Shown in pieces: positions 9,168 through 18,025 of a stretch of 64,000 nt of DNA; the stretch's first letter is position 1, and every line of letters begins with the position of its first letter. The stretch covers positions 1,120-65,119 of the forward strand of contig CALWAS010000018.1 of the NCBI GenBank assembly GCA_944375905.1. The letters are read 5' to 3'. Under the pieces are notes generated by a model. It saw nothing but the letters and a program-made list of their open reading frames with translations. It had not been told where the DNA came from and searched no databases. The translations under genes and the position numbers were made by a program. Source of the stretch: an uncultured Bacilli bacterium (lineage in GTDB: Bacteria > Bacillota_I > Bacilli_A > RFN20 > CAG-826).

Positions 9168-10340
9168 TTAGAAGGCGAAATTAAACTCATATGGATAAAT
9201 GTTGATTGAAGGATCCAAGTATATCGTATAAATGAAAAATAAAGCAAAACACAATATGAATAACCAGGCAAGCGGACGTCTGATCTTTTTTACTCGCTCA
9301 ACGCTTGGCACATTCGAAATTAATACGCAGACAGCAGGCAAAAAGAACCACGTAAGCCTGGGAACAATGGTTGATGCGCTTGAAAAAGCTTGAATTGCGG
9401 CTGCCAAAAAAGCAGGCCCTATGAAAGTTGCGGTTTCAATTTCATCTGATCTGGACAACGTATATCGATTTCTCCTTGGTGGCATGGAGTCGAGTGAAGC
9501 GAATAGCTTTATGCTAAAAAGGTATTTGTTCAAATAATCAAATAATTCGTTAGAAAGAAGGCAAAACGAACATCCAAGGGCCAACAATAAATACACAACC
9601 GAGAGCATTCCTACGCCTTGTTCTGTCGGAAGGTACGAAGTATGAACCGAAAACATAGAAATGGCGAATCTATAAATCTGGTTTCCGAACAGCATAACGA
9701 GAACGGTTAGCGAAGCCATTAAGGCAACCCTCGGCCAAGTCCATCTAAATTTCCAAAGGGGGGCAAAAGCAAAAGCCAAAATAGCCGATTTGTGAAAAGT
9801 AATTGAGAGCAATACAATAACAGTAAATAAGAACAGGCCAATAAACGAATTCTTTGACTTATACAAAGCGACCAACGCCAAGCAAACAAGAGCCACTGCG
9901 CAAAATTGCCTAAGAGCGGAGAGGCCTGAGAAGAAAAGACCAATTCCAAGAAACGAAGCGGCAAAAAGAGAGATGTTTTTCGAAAAAAAGTACGCAAAAA
10001 TTCCAAAACAAGTGTAGCACAGCAGGTAAATAAAGCATTGAAACCATTTGAAACTCATTCCGAGATGAGAAATTAAGCTAGCCACGAAAACAAAGCCAGG
10101 CTCAAATCCCTTGTATGAAAAGACTGGAAATTCGGCATTAGCTATCTCGTTGTATGCAATCAGATATTGCTCTGTATCGATTCCAACAACGTTGTCTTTA
10201 AAAACGGAAACAAGAAACAAGGCGCTAAAACATAATATGCAGGCGAGCAAGCGAGACGTCTTCCTGTTTTTTAAAAACAATACGTCCAGTAAGGGGCCAA
10301 TTATTATGGAAAACAAAAACACTGTCGAATAAACAATCAT
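9168..10340 (-). CDS. wzy: EpsG-family Wzy polysaccharide polymerase
   Basis: About 10 hydrophobic segments. VGIDT..Y, FEPGF, LRQ.AVAL, FHKSA, PRL and a C-terminal YPY, typical of EpsG. Confidence 0.85.
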   Translation of the reverse strand: MIVYSTVFLFSIIIGPLLDVLFLKNRKTSRLLACILCFSALFLVSVFKDNVVGIDTEQYLIAYNEIANAEFPVFSYKGFEPGFVFVASLISHLGMSFKWFQCFIYLLCYTCFGIFAYFFSKNISLFAASFLGIGLFFSGLSALRQFCAVALVCLALVALYKSKNSFIGLFLFTVIVLLSITFHKSAILAFAFAPLWKFRWTWPRVALMASLTVLVMLFGNQIYRFAISMFSVHTSYLPTEQGVGMLSVVYLLLALGCSFCLLSNELFDYLNKYLFSIKLFASLDSMPPRRNRYTLSRSDEIETATFIGPAFLAAAIQAFSSASTIVPRLTWFFLPAVCVLISNVPSVERVKKIRRPLAWLFILCFALFFIYTIYLDPSINIYPYEFNFAF

Positions 10341-13024
10341 TAGAAATTAAGCGGCCCCCCGTCCTTCCTGGCGAAAATATCGGATCTGTCATAAAACAAA
10401 GATCGGCCGTCGCAAAATGCAGAAGCCGCCAAAAGCACAAACAATAGCCCGCAAAGTAGGGAAACGCCAGTGGACGACAATAGAACAAACGCTATCCCAG
10501 AACAATATATAGTAGGTCGGGAAAGACACAGCAGCATAAACAAAAGAATAATTAAACTAGATAGAACAACTGGCGCCCTTTTAATCGTATTCGTCTTGTT
10601 CAAAAAGATATATGAAACACCGATTGTGACAAATGAGCACAATAAAGCAAATGAAAAAAGCAAACGCTGCAAATCATTGTTCTTCCAGTAAAACGAATGG
10701 TTAGAAATTATTGCCTTTTGCAAGTCAGAGGAAGCATTCTCTCCTGACAAAGAAACTATTGAGTATTCCGTTTCAAATTGATTTCCAACATTTCTTAAAA
10801 CTGGATTTAAAATTTGGAGCGAACTTGCAGTTTCATTTACGTTTCCTCTAAAAAGAAAGTCCAGTGAAATCCCATACATGTAATAAGTACAGTACAAGGG
10901 TCCAGCAAAACAAAGTTCATTACCGCCAGTGATCATAAAATCCGAGCAAGACTCGTCAGTAACAATTCCAACAACTACAGAATTGAATTTATAGTCATAC
11001 GGCTTTTTAATGTCCGTTTGAATCTCACGACCAACTACATCTTTAATGCTTCTTAGACCCAACGAAGCCACTAATGAGTTTGCTAGAGTTTCATTAACTA
11101 GTACATCTTGGTCGCGCATTAAAGAATCTACACTGCCATCAATAAATTCAAAATCAGAAAAGTACTCCAGCGTTGTAATCGAAGCAAAGACCGATGGCTG
11201 TATGTTTTCATTCATAACAAAGCCAGCCGAGCTACGTTGATAGTAACAAGAAACTGTTTCTTTCAGAATTGGATTAGCCGCGATGCTTCTGGCGACATCC
11301 CTAAAAGGAAGGAGCGAATCAACTGTTGCGTCGGCGTTGTCTTGGCTAATAGACAAGCAAGCGAATTCAGCACCGGCGCTATCGACATAAGTCTGAAGAG
11401 TATATGCGTCGGCCTCAAAAGAATCGCCATCTGAAAAAGTTCCAACAGCAAGTGAAAAAACACAAAAAGTAAGAGTCGCGACTTCAAAAAATAGGAAGGA
11501 TGCTTTTTTCTTCTTAAACAGGAGTTTGAAGGATCTTCTTGCATTATCTAGCTTATCCCCCAAAAATGAAATTTTCTTAGGCAACAGTTCTCTGCAAATC
11601 ACAGCGACTTCGGATTTAAAAAATATCAGCAAATAAGCAACATCTATAATTAAATATGCAAAAAAGCCAGGAATGGCCTCGTCGAAAATGAAGGCTGTGA
11701 AGTAGAAGAGCAAAACAGCTAATATGAGGCCAATAATATTTTTTGAAAAGTTGATATTGAAGTCGGCTTTCATTCTCCAAGCTACAAACAGATACCAGAT
11801 TAAAGATCCCAGCACCTGAGCTAAGGCCATAACAACAATATTTCTAGTCGTAAAATAGAAAACCAGACTAAAGCAAACATAAGAAGCAAGTCCGATAATG
11901 GAATAAAGAGAGAACCTGATGTTTTTTTTGACGACTTTAAAATATGTCTGGAGGACTACGAAAAGGCACGAACAAATAAGGACGTTAGGCATCAACAGGG
12001 TCAGTATTGTAATAGATGGGACATATTTAGTAATCCAATGTTGGATGATATATACTGCAGGAAAATATGCGACTAGCAAAAACGATGCCGCAATACACAT
12101 GGCAGCCCCTGCAACAGGATAAAACTTATCAAGTTTTTCTTTGCTAAGTCTTTTCAAAATAGGAAACATTGCAGTTGCGCATGCAGTTAAAGCAGTATTG
12201 ACAAGAGACATTACAGAAGAACAAAACGAATAATAGGCAAATTGTTCTTTTGGAAATAAAAGTTGGATGGCCTGCGGCACAGACGAGGTAGAAAAATTGA
12301 TGATGGCGTCACATATCAATAGTGGCAGTCCAAATTTAAAAATTTCCAAGATGTCCTTCTTACAGTCTCTTAAACGCGCAGCCTTCCCAAATATCAAATT
12401 TCTATAGGTAAAGACGTACATTATCATTAAAACTGCAAAAATTAAGACATATGCCAACGTATAAGCCTCAAAAGAAATCAAACTAGTTAAGCCAAAAATT
12501 TGGAAAAGCCAAAAAATGCCAACAACTGCTATTTTCAATAAAGCTTGGAGGATGAAACGCCGGGAATATTCGCCCAGTCTTAAAGTTACCTGCGAAAGCA
12601 GCTGAAAATATGTGTTGATATTTGAACAAAGAGAATATATGGAGATAAAAGCCAAAATGGATCTGGTTGTGATGTCAGAGATAAAAAACGAAACCGAGAA
12701 CAGAGATAAGCTTATAAAGATTTCGATGAATCCGAAAAAACGAGAAAACAGTCGGAATTTTTGGCTGTCTAATTCATCCAGACACTTGTCGCCATATAGG
12801 AGGTAAATTCCGCTTGCAAAACCAATCTGGAAAAAATTTACGTAGCCGGCATATAAAGTAAACGTCCTAAATAAACCGTAATCGTTTACACTAAGAATGT
12901 TGGGAACGACGAAACTGGCTAATACCCCGCTTAAGAGAAGGATTAGATTAGAAACGACTACGAAAGCAGTGCCTCTTAAAAGGGAGGATTTAGTAATTTT
13001 TGTTGCCTGATTGGTTTTTGACAT
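10340..13024 (-). CDS. wzx: Wzx flippase fused to a C-terminal MacB/FtsX-like permease module (894 aa)
   Basis: The first ~470 aa match the MOP/Wzx pattern (PNILSVNDYG, KFGLPLLI, FAYYSF, FPILK). The remainder is one TM, a MacB-core-like extracellular domain, then three TMs. Confidence 0.8.
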   Translation of the reverse strand: MSKTNQATKITKSSLLRGTAFVVVSNLILLLSGVLASFVVPNILSVNDYGLFRTFTLYAGYVNFFQIGFASGIYLLYGDKCLDELDSQKFRLFSRFFGFIEIFISLSLFSVSFFISDITTRSILAFISIYSLCSNINTYFQLLSQVTLRLGEYSRRFILQALLKIAVVGIFWLFQIFGLTSLISFEAYTLAYVLIFAVLMIMYVFTYRNLIFGKAARLRDCKKDILEIFKFGLPLLICDAIINFSTSSVPQAIQLLFPKEQFAYYSFCSSVMSLVNTALTACATAMFPILKRLSKEKLDKFYPVAGAAMCIAASFLLVAYFPAVYIIQHWITKYVPSITILTLLMPNVLICSCLFVVLQTYFKVVKKNIRFSLYSIIGLASYVCFSLVFYFTTRNIVVMALAQVLGSLIWYLFVAWRMKADFNINFSKNIIGLILAVLLFYFTAFIFDEAIPGFFAYLIIDVAYLLIFFKSEVAVICRELLPKKISFLGDKLDNARRSFKLLFKKKKASFLFFEVATLTFCVFSLAVGTFSDGDSFEADAYTLQTYVDSAGAEFACLSISQDNADATVDSLLPFRDVARSIAANPILKETVSCYYQRSSAGFVMNENIQPSVFASITTLEYFSDFEFIDGSVDSLMRDQDVLVNETLANSLVASLGLRSIKDVVGREIQTDIKKPYDYKFNSVVVGIVTDESCSDFMITGGNELCFAGPLYCTYYMYGISLDFLFRGNVNETASSLQILNPVLRNVGNQFETEYSIVSLSGENASSDLQKAIISNHSFYWKNNDLQRLLFSFALLCSFVTIGVSYIFLNKTNTIKRAPVVLSSLIILLFMLLCLSRPTIYCSGIAFVLLSSTGVSLLCGLLFVLLAASAFCDGRSLFYDRSDIFARKDGGPLNF

Positions 13025-13413
13025 TTTTTCGTGAATAGTTTACTTCTTGAGAACCTGGAAGTAATCCCCAAAACGATTGCCATATTTAGAAGCTAACTTT
13101 TCGGCTTTAGAAGGTTCTGTCATGCAAATCCATTACGTGCACAAATTAACTAAAATAGATTCAATTAAAAAAGAGGCTCTGTTCAAATCGGGCTGCAGAG
13201 AGACATTTCGGCGCCTTAATTTTTGGGACACACTTTACATTGTGAGACATGTCCAAATCAGAGCAAGACGCCCAGGCTTATTTCTAAAGAAAGACTAACA
13301 TTAAGGAAGCCCGGTATTTCAGTCGCTCAATAAACAATGCATAGTTTAATTTGATATAGAATTGCTCTTGTTATCATTTACTATTAGTCACGATTTGAAT
13401 TTGGGAGAAAACC

Positions 13414-14547
13414 ATGGCTGGACATAAGCTGAAACTAGTAACCATCGTCGGAACACGTCCTGAGATAATTCGTCTTTCTGAAGTGTTAAAAAAAGCAGAC
13501 AAATATTTTGACCACAAGCTCGTCCATACCGGTCAGAACTATGATTATGAACTCAATGGCGTCTTTTTCAAAGAGCTGGGCTTGAGAGTTCCTGACTATG
13601 TCCTTAACTGTGCAGGAAAAGACCTAGGAGAAACAATGGGCAACGTCATTGCCCAAAGCTATACGGTTCTCAAGAAAGAGAATCCGGATGCCGTTCTAGT
13701 TCTAGGAGACACAAATTCTGCCCTGTCCGCTATCGCTGCAAAGAGGCTCAAACTACCAATCTTTCATATGGAAGCTGGTAATAGATGCTGGGACTGGAAC
13801 GTCGCAGAAATGACCAATAGGACCATCGTTGACCACATTTCGGACGTGAATCTGCCATATACAGAGAATTCAAGACTATATCTTTTAAAAGAAGGGATCG
13901 ATCCTAAACGCGTATTTGTCACTGGGTCGCCAATGCATGAGGTAATTAAAGTTCATCGCGATGAAATCATCAGTTCGAAGGCCCTAGACAAACTAGGAAT
14001 TAAGAGGAATGGTTACATTATCCTTTCCGCCCACAGGGAAGAGAACATCGACATCGATGACAATCTCGATTATCTAGTTGACTCTGTCAATACCATTGCG
14101 GAAACCTATAGGTTGCCTGTTATTTATTCACTTCACCCAAGATCCAGAAAAAAACTTGAAGCAAGGCGAATAGAACTTCACCCCCTTGTCAAAGAAATGA
14201 AGCCGTTCGGTTTCTTCGATTACGTGAATCTCGAGATGAATGCGAAACTAGTCATCTCCGATTCCGGGACTCTTACTGAAGAAGCATCGATGGTTAACTT
14301 CCCCGCCGTCCTCCTGAGAACATCTACGGAAAGGCCAGAAGGCCTTGACGAAGGAAACATCGTCGTTGGCGGCATTAAAAGGAATGATGTTCTAAGGGCT
14401 GCCGAACTAGCCATGTCCATGCATGAAAACCGCGACGATGCCTACACACTCCATCACGACTATGAAGACACAGATGTATCTAGCAAGATTATAAAGATAA
14501 TCCAAAGTTATTATCACATCGTCAAAAAAGAAACGTGGCTACAGTAA
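13414..14547 (+). CDS. fnlC: Non-hydrolysing UDP-GlcNAc 2-epimerase family, FnlC/CapG/WbjD type
   Basis: IVGTRPEIIRL, HTGQNYDYEL, LGDTNS, HMEAGNRC, HREEN, SDSGT, TERPEG. Confidence 0.88.
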   Translation: MAGHKLKLVTIVGTRPEIIRLSEVLKKADKYFDHKLVHTGQNYDYELNGVFFKELGLRVPDYVLNCAGKDLGETMGNVIAQSYTVLKKENPDAVLVLGDTNSALSAIAAKRLKLPIFHMEAGNRCWDWNVAEMTNRTIVDHISDVNLPYTENSRLYLLKEGIDPKRVFVTGSPMHEVIKVHRDEIISSKALDKLGIKRNGYIILSAHREENIDIDDNLDYLVDSVNTIAETYRLPVIYSLHPRSRKKLEARRIELHPLVKEMKPFGFFDYVNLEMNAKLVISDSGTLTEEASMVNFPAVLLRTSTERPEGLDEGNIVVGGIKRNDVLRAAELAMSMHENRDDAYTLHHDYEDTDVSSKIIKIIQSYYHIVKKETWLQ

Positions 14548-14552
14548 TTTTT

Positions 14553-15755
14553 ATGCTTTCTGAAAAAAAGATTTGCTATCTGAACAGTTCAACTACAGGA
14601 TCAACTGGCGTCATTGTCAATTCTTTAGCAAGAGCCGCAGCGACTCATGGCTATGAAAGCATGTTCCTATCCCGCGGAACAAAAAACCCAAATTATTTAG
14701 GCGAATATACGAATATTCTGCCCCACCGCTTCTCCTATTTATTTTCTAGAACGCCAACATTTTTAATTGACGGGGACGGCTTTCGGTCTAAGAATGCGAC
14801 AAAGCTTGCCCTAGGGGCTATCGATGCTTTTAAACCGCAAATTATTCATATTCACAATCCTCATGGCTCCATTATCAATATTCAATCAATATGCAAATAT
14901 GCGAAATCGAATGGCATAAAAATAATCTGGACATTGCATGACGCTTGGACAGTAACTGGCCGTTGCGGCTATCCTTTTTTCTGCAAAGGTTGGAAAACTG
15001 GATGCAAAACGTGCCCTAATCATGCCTTTTACCCACGAGTGTTTTTTTCTCAATCAAAAAAATTTTTTAGGCTGAAGCATGATCTGATCGATTTGCTCAT
15101 CACCTCGCAGGCCATATTTGTCTCTCCGTCAATGTGGCTGGTAAACTTTTTCAGGAGTTCTTATCCAAATGCTGACGTTCGCCTGATACGTAACGGGATC
15201 GACATTTCCATTTTTAAACCAGACGGCGGACAGAACGATCAAATCCTCAAGTTTGCTAGCGGACGAAAAGTCATCGGCGGCACATCTTTATCGGCAGGAA
15301 AGGGCGGATTCTATTTTGAAGAACTTAGTAAGCACCTAGATCCCAAGAAATATTGCATTGTTGTAGTTGGATGTCCCGAAAGCAAAATCGTCTCAACAAC
15401 TTTAATGAACTTAAAATCCCTTTCTTCAAGAGAAGAGATGGCAAGTTTTTACCGTACTATTTGGGTTCTTTTAAGCCCAACGCAGAATGATAATTTCCCC
15501 ACAACGCATTTGGAAAGTATTTCCTGTGGCGCTCCCGTTCTTACATTTAATGTCGGAGGGGCTTCTGAAATGATTGAACAGGGTGTAAACGGATACAGTG
15601 TTTCATTGAACGACAAAGAAGCGTTATTTAAAAAACTATTTGAGATGCTTGACCGCGATTGGGACAGAAAGATTGTTAGCTCTAGCCAAACTCTAACATC
15701 AAATAGAATGTCCGACGAATATGTTAATACCTATGATCAAATGCTAAACAGGTAA
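14553..15755 (+). CDS. GT4 glycosyltransferase (WcaC-like)
   Basis: GSTG, IIHIHNPHG, WTLHDAWTVTGRC, C.GWKTGCKTCP..FYP, DNFPTTHLESISCGAPV. Confidence 0.88.
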   Translation: MLSEKKICYLNSSTTGSTGVIVNSLARAAATHGYESMFLSRGTKNPNYLGEYTNILPHRFSYLFSRTPTFLIDGDGFRSKNATKLALGAIDAFKPQIIHIHNPHGSIINIQSICKYAKSNGIKIIWTLHDAWTVTGRCGYPFFCKGWKTGCKTCPNHAFYPRVFFSQSKKFFRLKHDLIDLLITSQAIFVSPSMWLVNFFRSSYPNADVRLIRNGIDISIFKPDGGQNDQILKFASGRKVIGGTSLSAGKGGFYFEELSKHLDPKKYCIVVVGCPESKIVSTTLMNLKSLSSREEMASFYRTIWVLLSPTQNDNFPTTHLESISCGAPVLTFNVGGASEMIEQGVNGYSVSLNDKEALFKKLFEMLDRDWDRKIVSSSQTLTSNRMSDEYVNTYDQMLNR

Positions 15756-15845
15756 CCGTTTATTGTATAAAACGTAGTATCTTCGTAACATCACAGAAAA
15801 ACAAGGCGCATGGGATCAATTGTAATTGACAATAAAAGCAAAGGA

Positions 15846-16946
15846 CTATTCCCTATACGTATCTGGTTCCTTAGCTTCATACTCCTCGCTTGCCCAGATT
15901 AGGGTCATAGCATCGGTATCTCCGACATTTTCTATTTCATGGAAATAGCCGGGAATAACATCAATGACAGTGTAGTTGTCTCCGTCGCAAGCAATATCGA
16001 TGGAAGTCATTTCGTCTTTCTTTCCCACAGGCCACATTCGATAAACAACATGACCAGTGAGACAGATGAACTTTTCGATCTTGGTCTCATGGTAGTGGCC
16101 ACCTTTGACCTTGTGGGGAGCGATTACGTTCATTGAAATCTGGCCCATGTTTCCAAGACGAAGAAGTTCATTAAATGATCCCCTTGGCTCCTTACTCACC
16201 GGAATCAGATAGGAAATGTCTTCGGTAGGAAGATAGCTTAGATAAGTGGCAAACAGTTTCTTTCTAAGCCCTTCCTGAAGGGGAATTTCCTTGCTAATCC
16301 GGCTTTTCCTGCACGATTTCAGAAAACCGTTAAGCCTTCCTAAATTGGTGTCGTATTCAGGAACTACATGCGGCCAAGGACGTGGCAAGTCACTTTCCAT
16401 CTCGCCGACGAACGCCCTGGCAACGTCTACGACATAAACAAGCGTTATGGGGCGATCCGGATCGTCCACCCTCGTCTTCTCGTCATGCGCTATCTGATAG
16501 CACCAGGTTGCTACGACCGAGTTATAGAAAGGCCGACACCCCTTCCCGAACACATTGGGAAGACGAAAGATCGACGGAATGAAACCATATTCCTCGCTCT
16601 TCTTTTCGATGAGAATCTCGGCCTCCCGCTTGCTGTTTCCGTATGGGCAATCGCGTTCGGCTTGAATCGAGGAAGCAAAGATGAGTTTCTTGCCTTTTCC
16701 GCCTTCCTTCATGGCCTCGCAGATCCTCTCCGTAAGGCCGACGTTCACGGTCTCAAACGAAGAAACGTCCTTTGGGCGATTCTCTCCCGCCAAATGGATG
16801 ATTGCGTCACATTTAGAAACGATAGAGGGCAAAGTCTCCGGATCGTCGTTCCGATCAAAAGGAACAACTTCGTGTCCACGCCGCAAAAGCTCGCGGTAGA
16901 CGTGCTGCCCGATGAACCCGCTTGCGCCGGTAAGAAGGACTTTCAT
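15846..16946 (-). CDS. fnlB: CapF/FnlB/WbjC epimerase-reductase (SDR plus cupin)
   Basis: TGASGFIG, HLAGENRP, PYGNSK, RLPNVFGK.CRPFYNSVVATWC. C-terminal cupin with RGSFNE, GGHYH.KIEKF, PGYFH.IEN. Confidence 0.9.
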   Translation of the reverse strand: MKVLLTGASGFIGQHVYRELLRRGHEVVPFDRNDDPETLPSIVSKCDAIIHLAGENRPKDVSSFETVNVGLTERICEAMKEGGKGKKLIFASSIQAERDCPYGNSKREAEILIEKKSEEYGFIPSIFRLPNVFGKGCRPFYNSVVATWCYQIAHDEKTRVDDPDRPITLVYVVDVARAFVGEMESDLPRPWPHVVPEYDTNLGRLNGFLKSCRKSRISKEIPLQEGLRKKLFATYLSYLPTEDISYLIPVSKEPRGSFNELLRLGNMGQISMNVIAPHKVKGGHYHETKIEKFICLTGHVVYRMWPVGKKDEMTSIDIACDGDNYTVIDVIPGYFHEIENVGDTDAMTLIWASEEYEAKEPDTYRE

Positions 16947-16955
16947 GCAGATTCC

Positions 16956-17957
16956 TCAGAAAAGATCAGTTAGACGAAGGAGCTGCTCCTCCATGCCTTT
17001 GAGATCAAGCCTTTCAGTATTGTGGGAATTGTAGGATTCGGCAATGTCGATGTGCTTGTTGCCTTTTTCTACATACTTATCGTAATTGAGGTCTCGATTG
17101 TCGGCCTTAATGCGGAAGAACCCTCCTTCGTCGACGGCCCTTACCATTTCCTCGGAAGTGACGAGCGTCTCATAGAGTTTCTCGCCGTGTCTAGTGCCAA
17201 TGTATTCAACCCCGACATCTGAGTGCTTAAGATCGAGAACCGCTTTTGCCAAGGTATCAATCGTCGCCGAAGGAGCCTTTTGAACGAAGAGATCCCCCTG
17301 CTCGCCATGCTCAAACGCATAGAGAACAAGCTCCACCGCATCCTCCAAGGTCATCATGAACCTGGTCATATCCGGATTAGTTATGGTAAGCGGCTTTCCG
17401 GCAGCAATCTGCTCGAGGAAAAGAGGTATGACGCTTCCGCGTGAAGCCATGACATTGCCATAGCGGGTAAGACAAAAAACCGTATCCCCTTCAAGACATT
17501 GCCGAGAACGGGCAATGACATTCTTTTCCATTAAGGCTTTAGTCATGCCCATGGCATTGATTGGGTAAGCTGCTTTGTCAGTCGAAAGGAACACTGCTTT
17601 CTTGACATGGTTATGAAGGCAAGCCGTCATGACATTGTTAGAGCCGATGACATTGGTCTTAACGGCTTCCATTGGATAGAACTCGCAGGATGGAACTTGC
17701 TTGAGGGCAGCAGCCGAGAAAACGAAATCGACCCCACGGAACGCCCCTTCGATTGCCGATAAATCTCGGACGTCGCCGATATAGAACTTAAGGCGGTCAT
17801 TCGCGTAATGCTTCCGCATGTCGTCCTGCTTTTTCTCGTCGCGGGAAAGAATGCGGATCTCGTCGATGTCGGTTTTAAGGAAGCGGTCAACGGCCGCATG
17901 GCCGAAGGAGCCAGTACCGCCCGTAATAAGAAGTTTCATTCCCTTGTAGCTTTTCAT
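16956..17957 (-). CDS. fnlA: CapE/FnlA/WbjB UDP-GlcNAc 4,6-dehydratase/epimerase
   Basis: ITGGTGSFG, SRDEKKQDDMR, AALKQVPSCEFYP, LSTDKAAYPINAMG, RYGNVMASRGSVIP. GAGGTG RBS. Confidence 0.93.
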   Translation of the reverse strand: MKSYKGMKLLITGGTGSFGHAAVDRFLKTDIDEIRILSRDEKKQDDMRKHYANDRLKFYIGDVRDLSAIEGAFRGVDFVFSAAALKQVPSCEFYPMEAVKTNVIGSNNVMTACLHNHVKKAVFLSTDKAAYPINAMGMTKALMEKNVIARSRQCLEGDTVFCLTRYGNVMASRGSVIPLFLEQIAAGKPLTITNPDMTRFMMTLEDAVELVLYAFEHGEQGDLFVQKAPSATIDTLAKAVLDLKHSDVGVEYIGTRHGEKLYETLVTSEEMVRAVDEGGFFRIKADNRDLNYDKYVEKGNKHIDIAESYNSHNTERLDLKGMEEQLLRLTDLF

Positions 17958-18025
17958 ATGCACCTCTTCAATCCATCATAGAATACTCGTAACGACGTTT
18001 GGAAAAAAGGACGTGGGCTAACGGG

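Noticed and set aside
9031-11929. T8 tracts at 9031-9038 and 11922-11929 as phase-variation sites
   Set aside because: Short, in AT-rich Lys codons, with frames intact.
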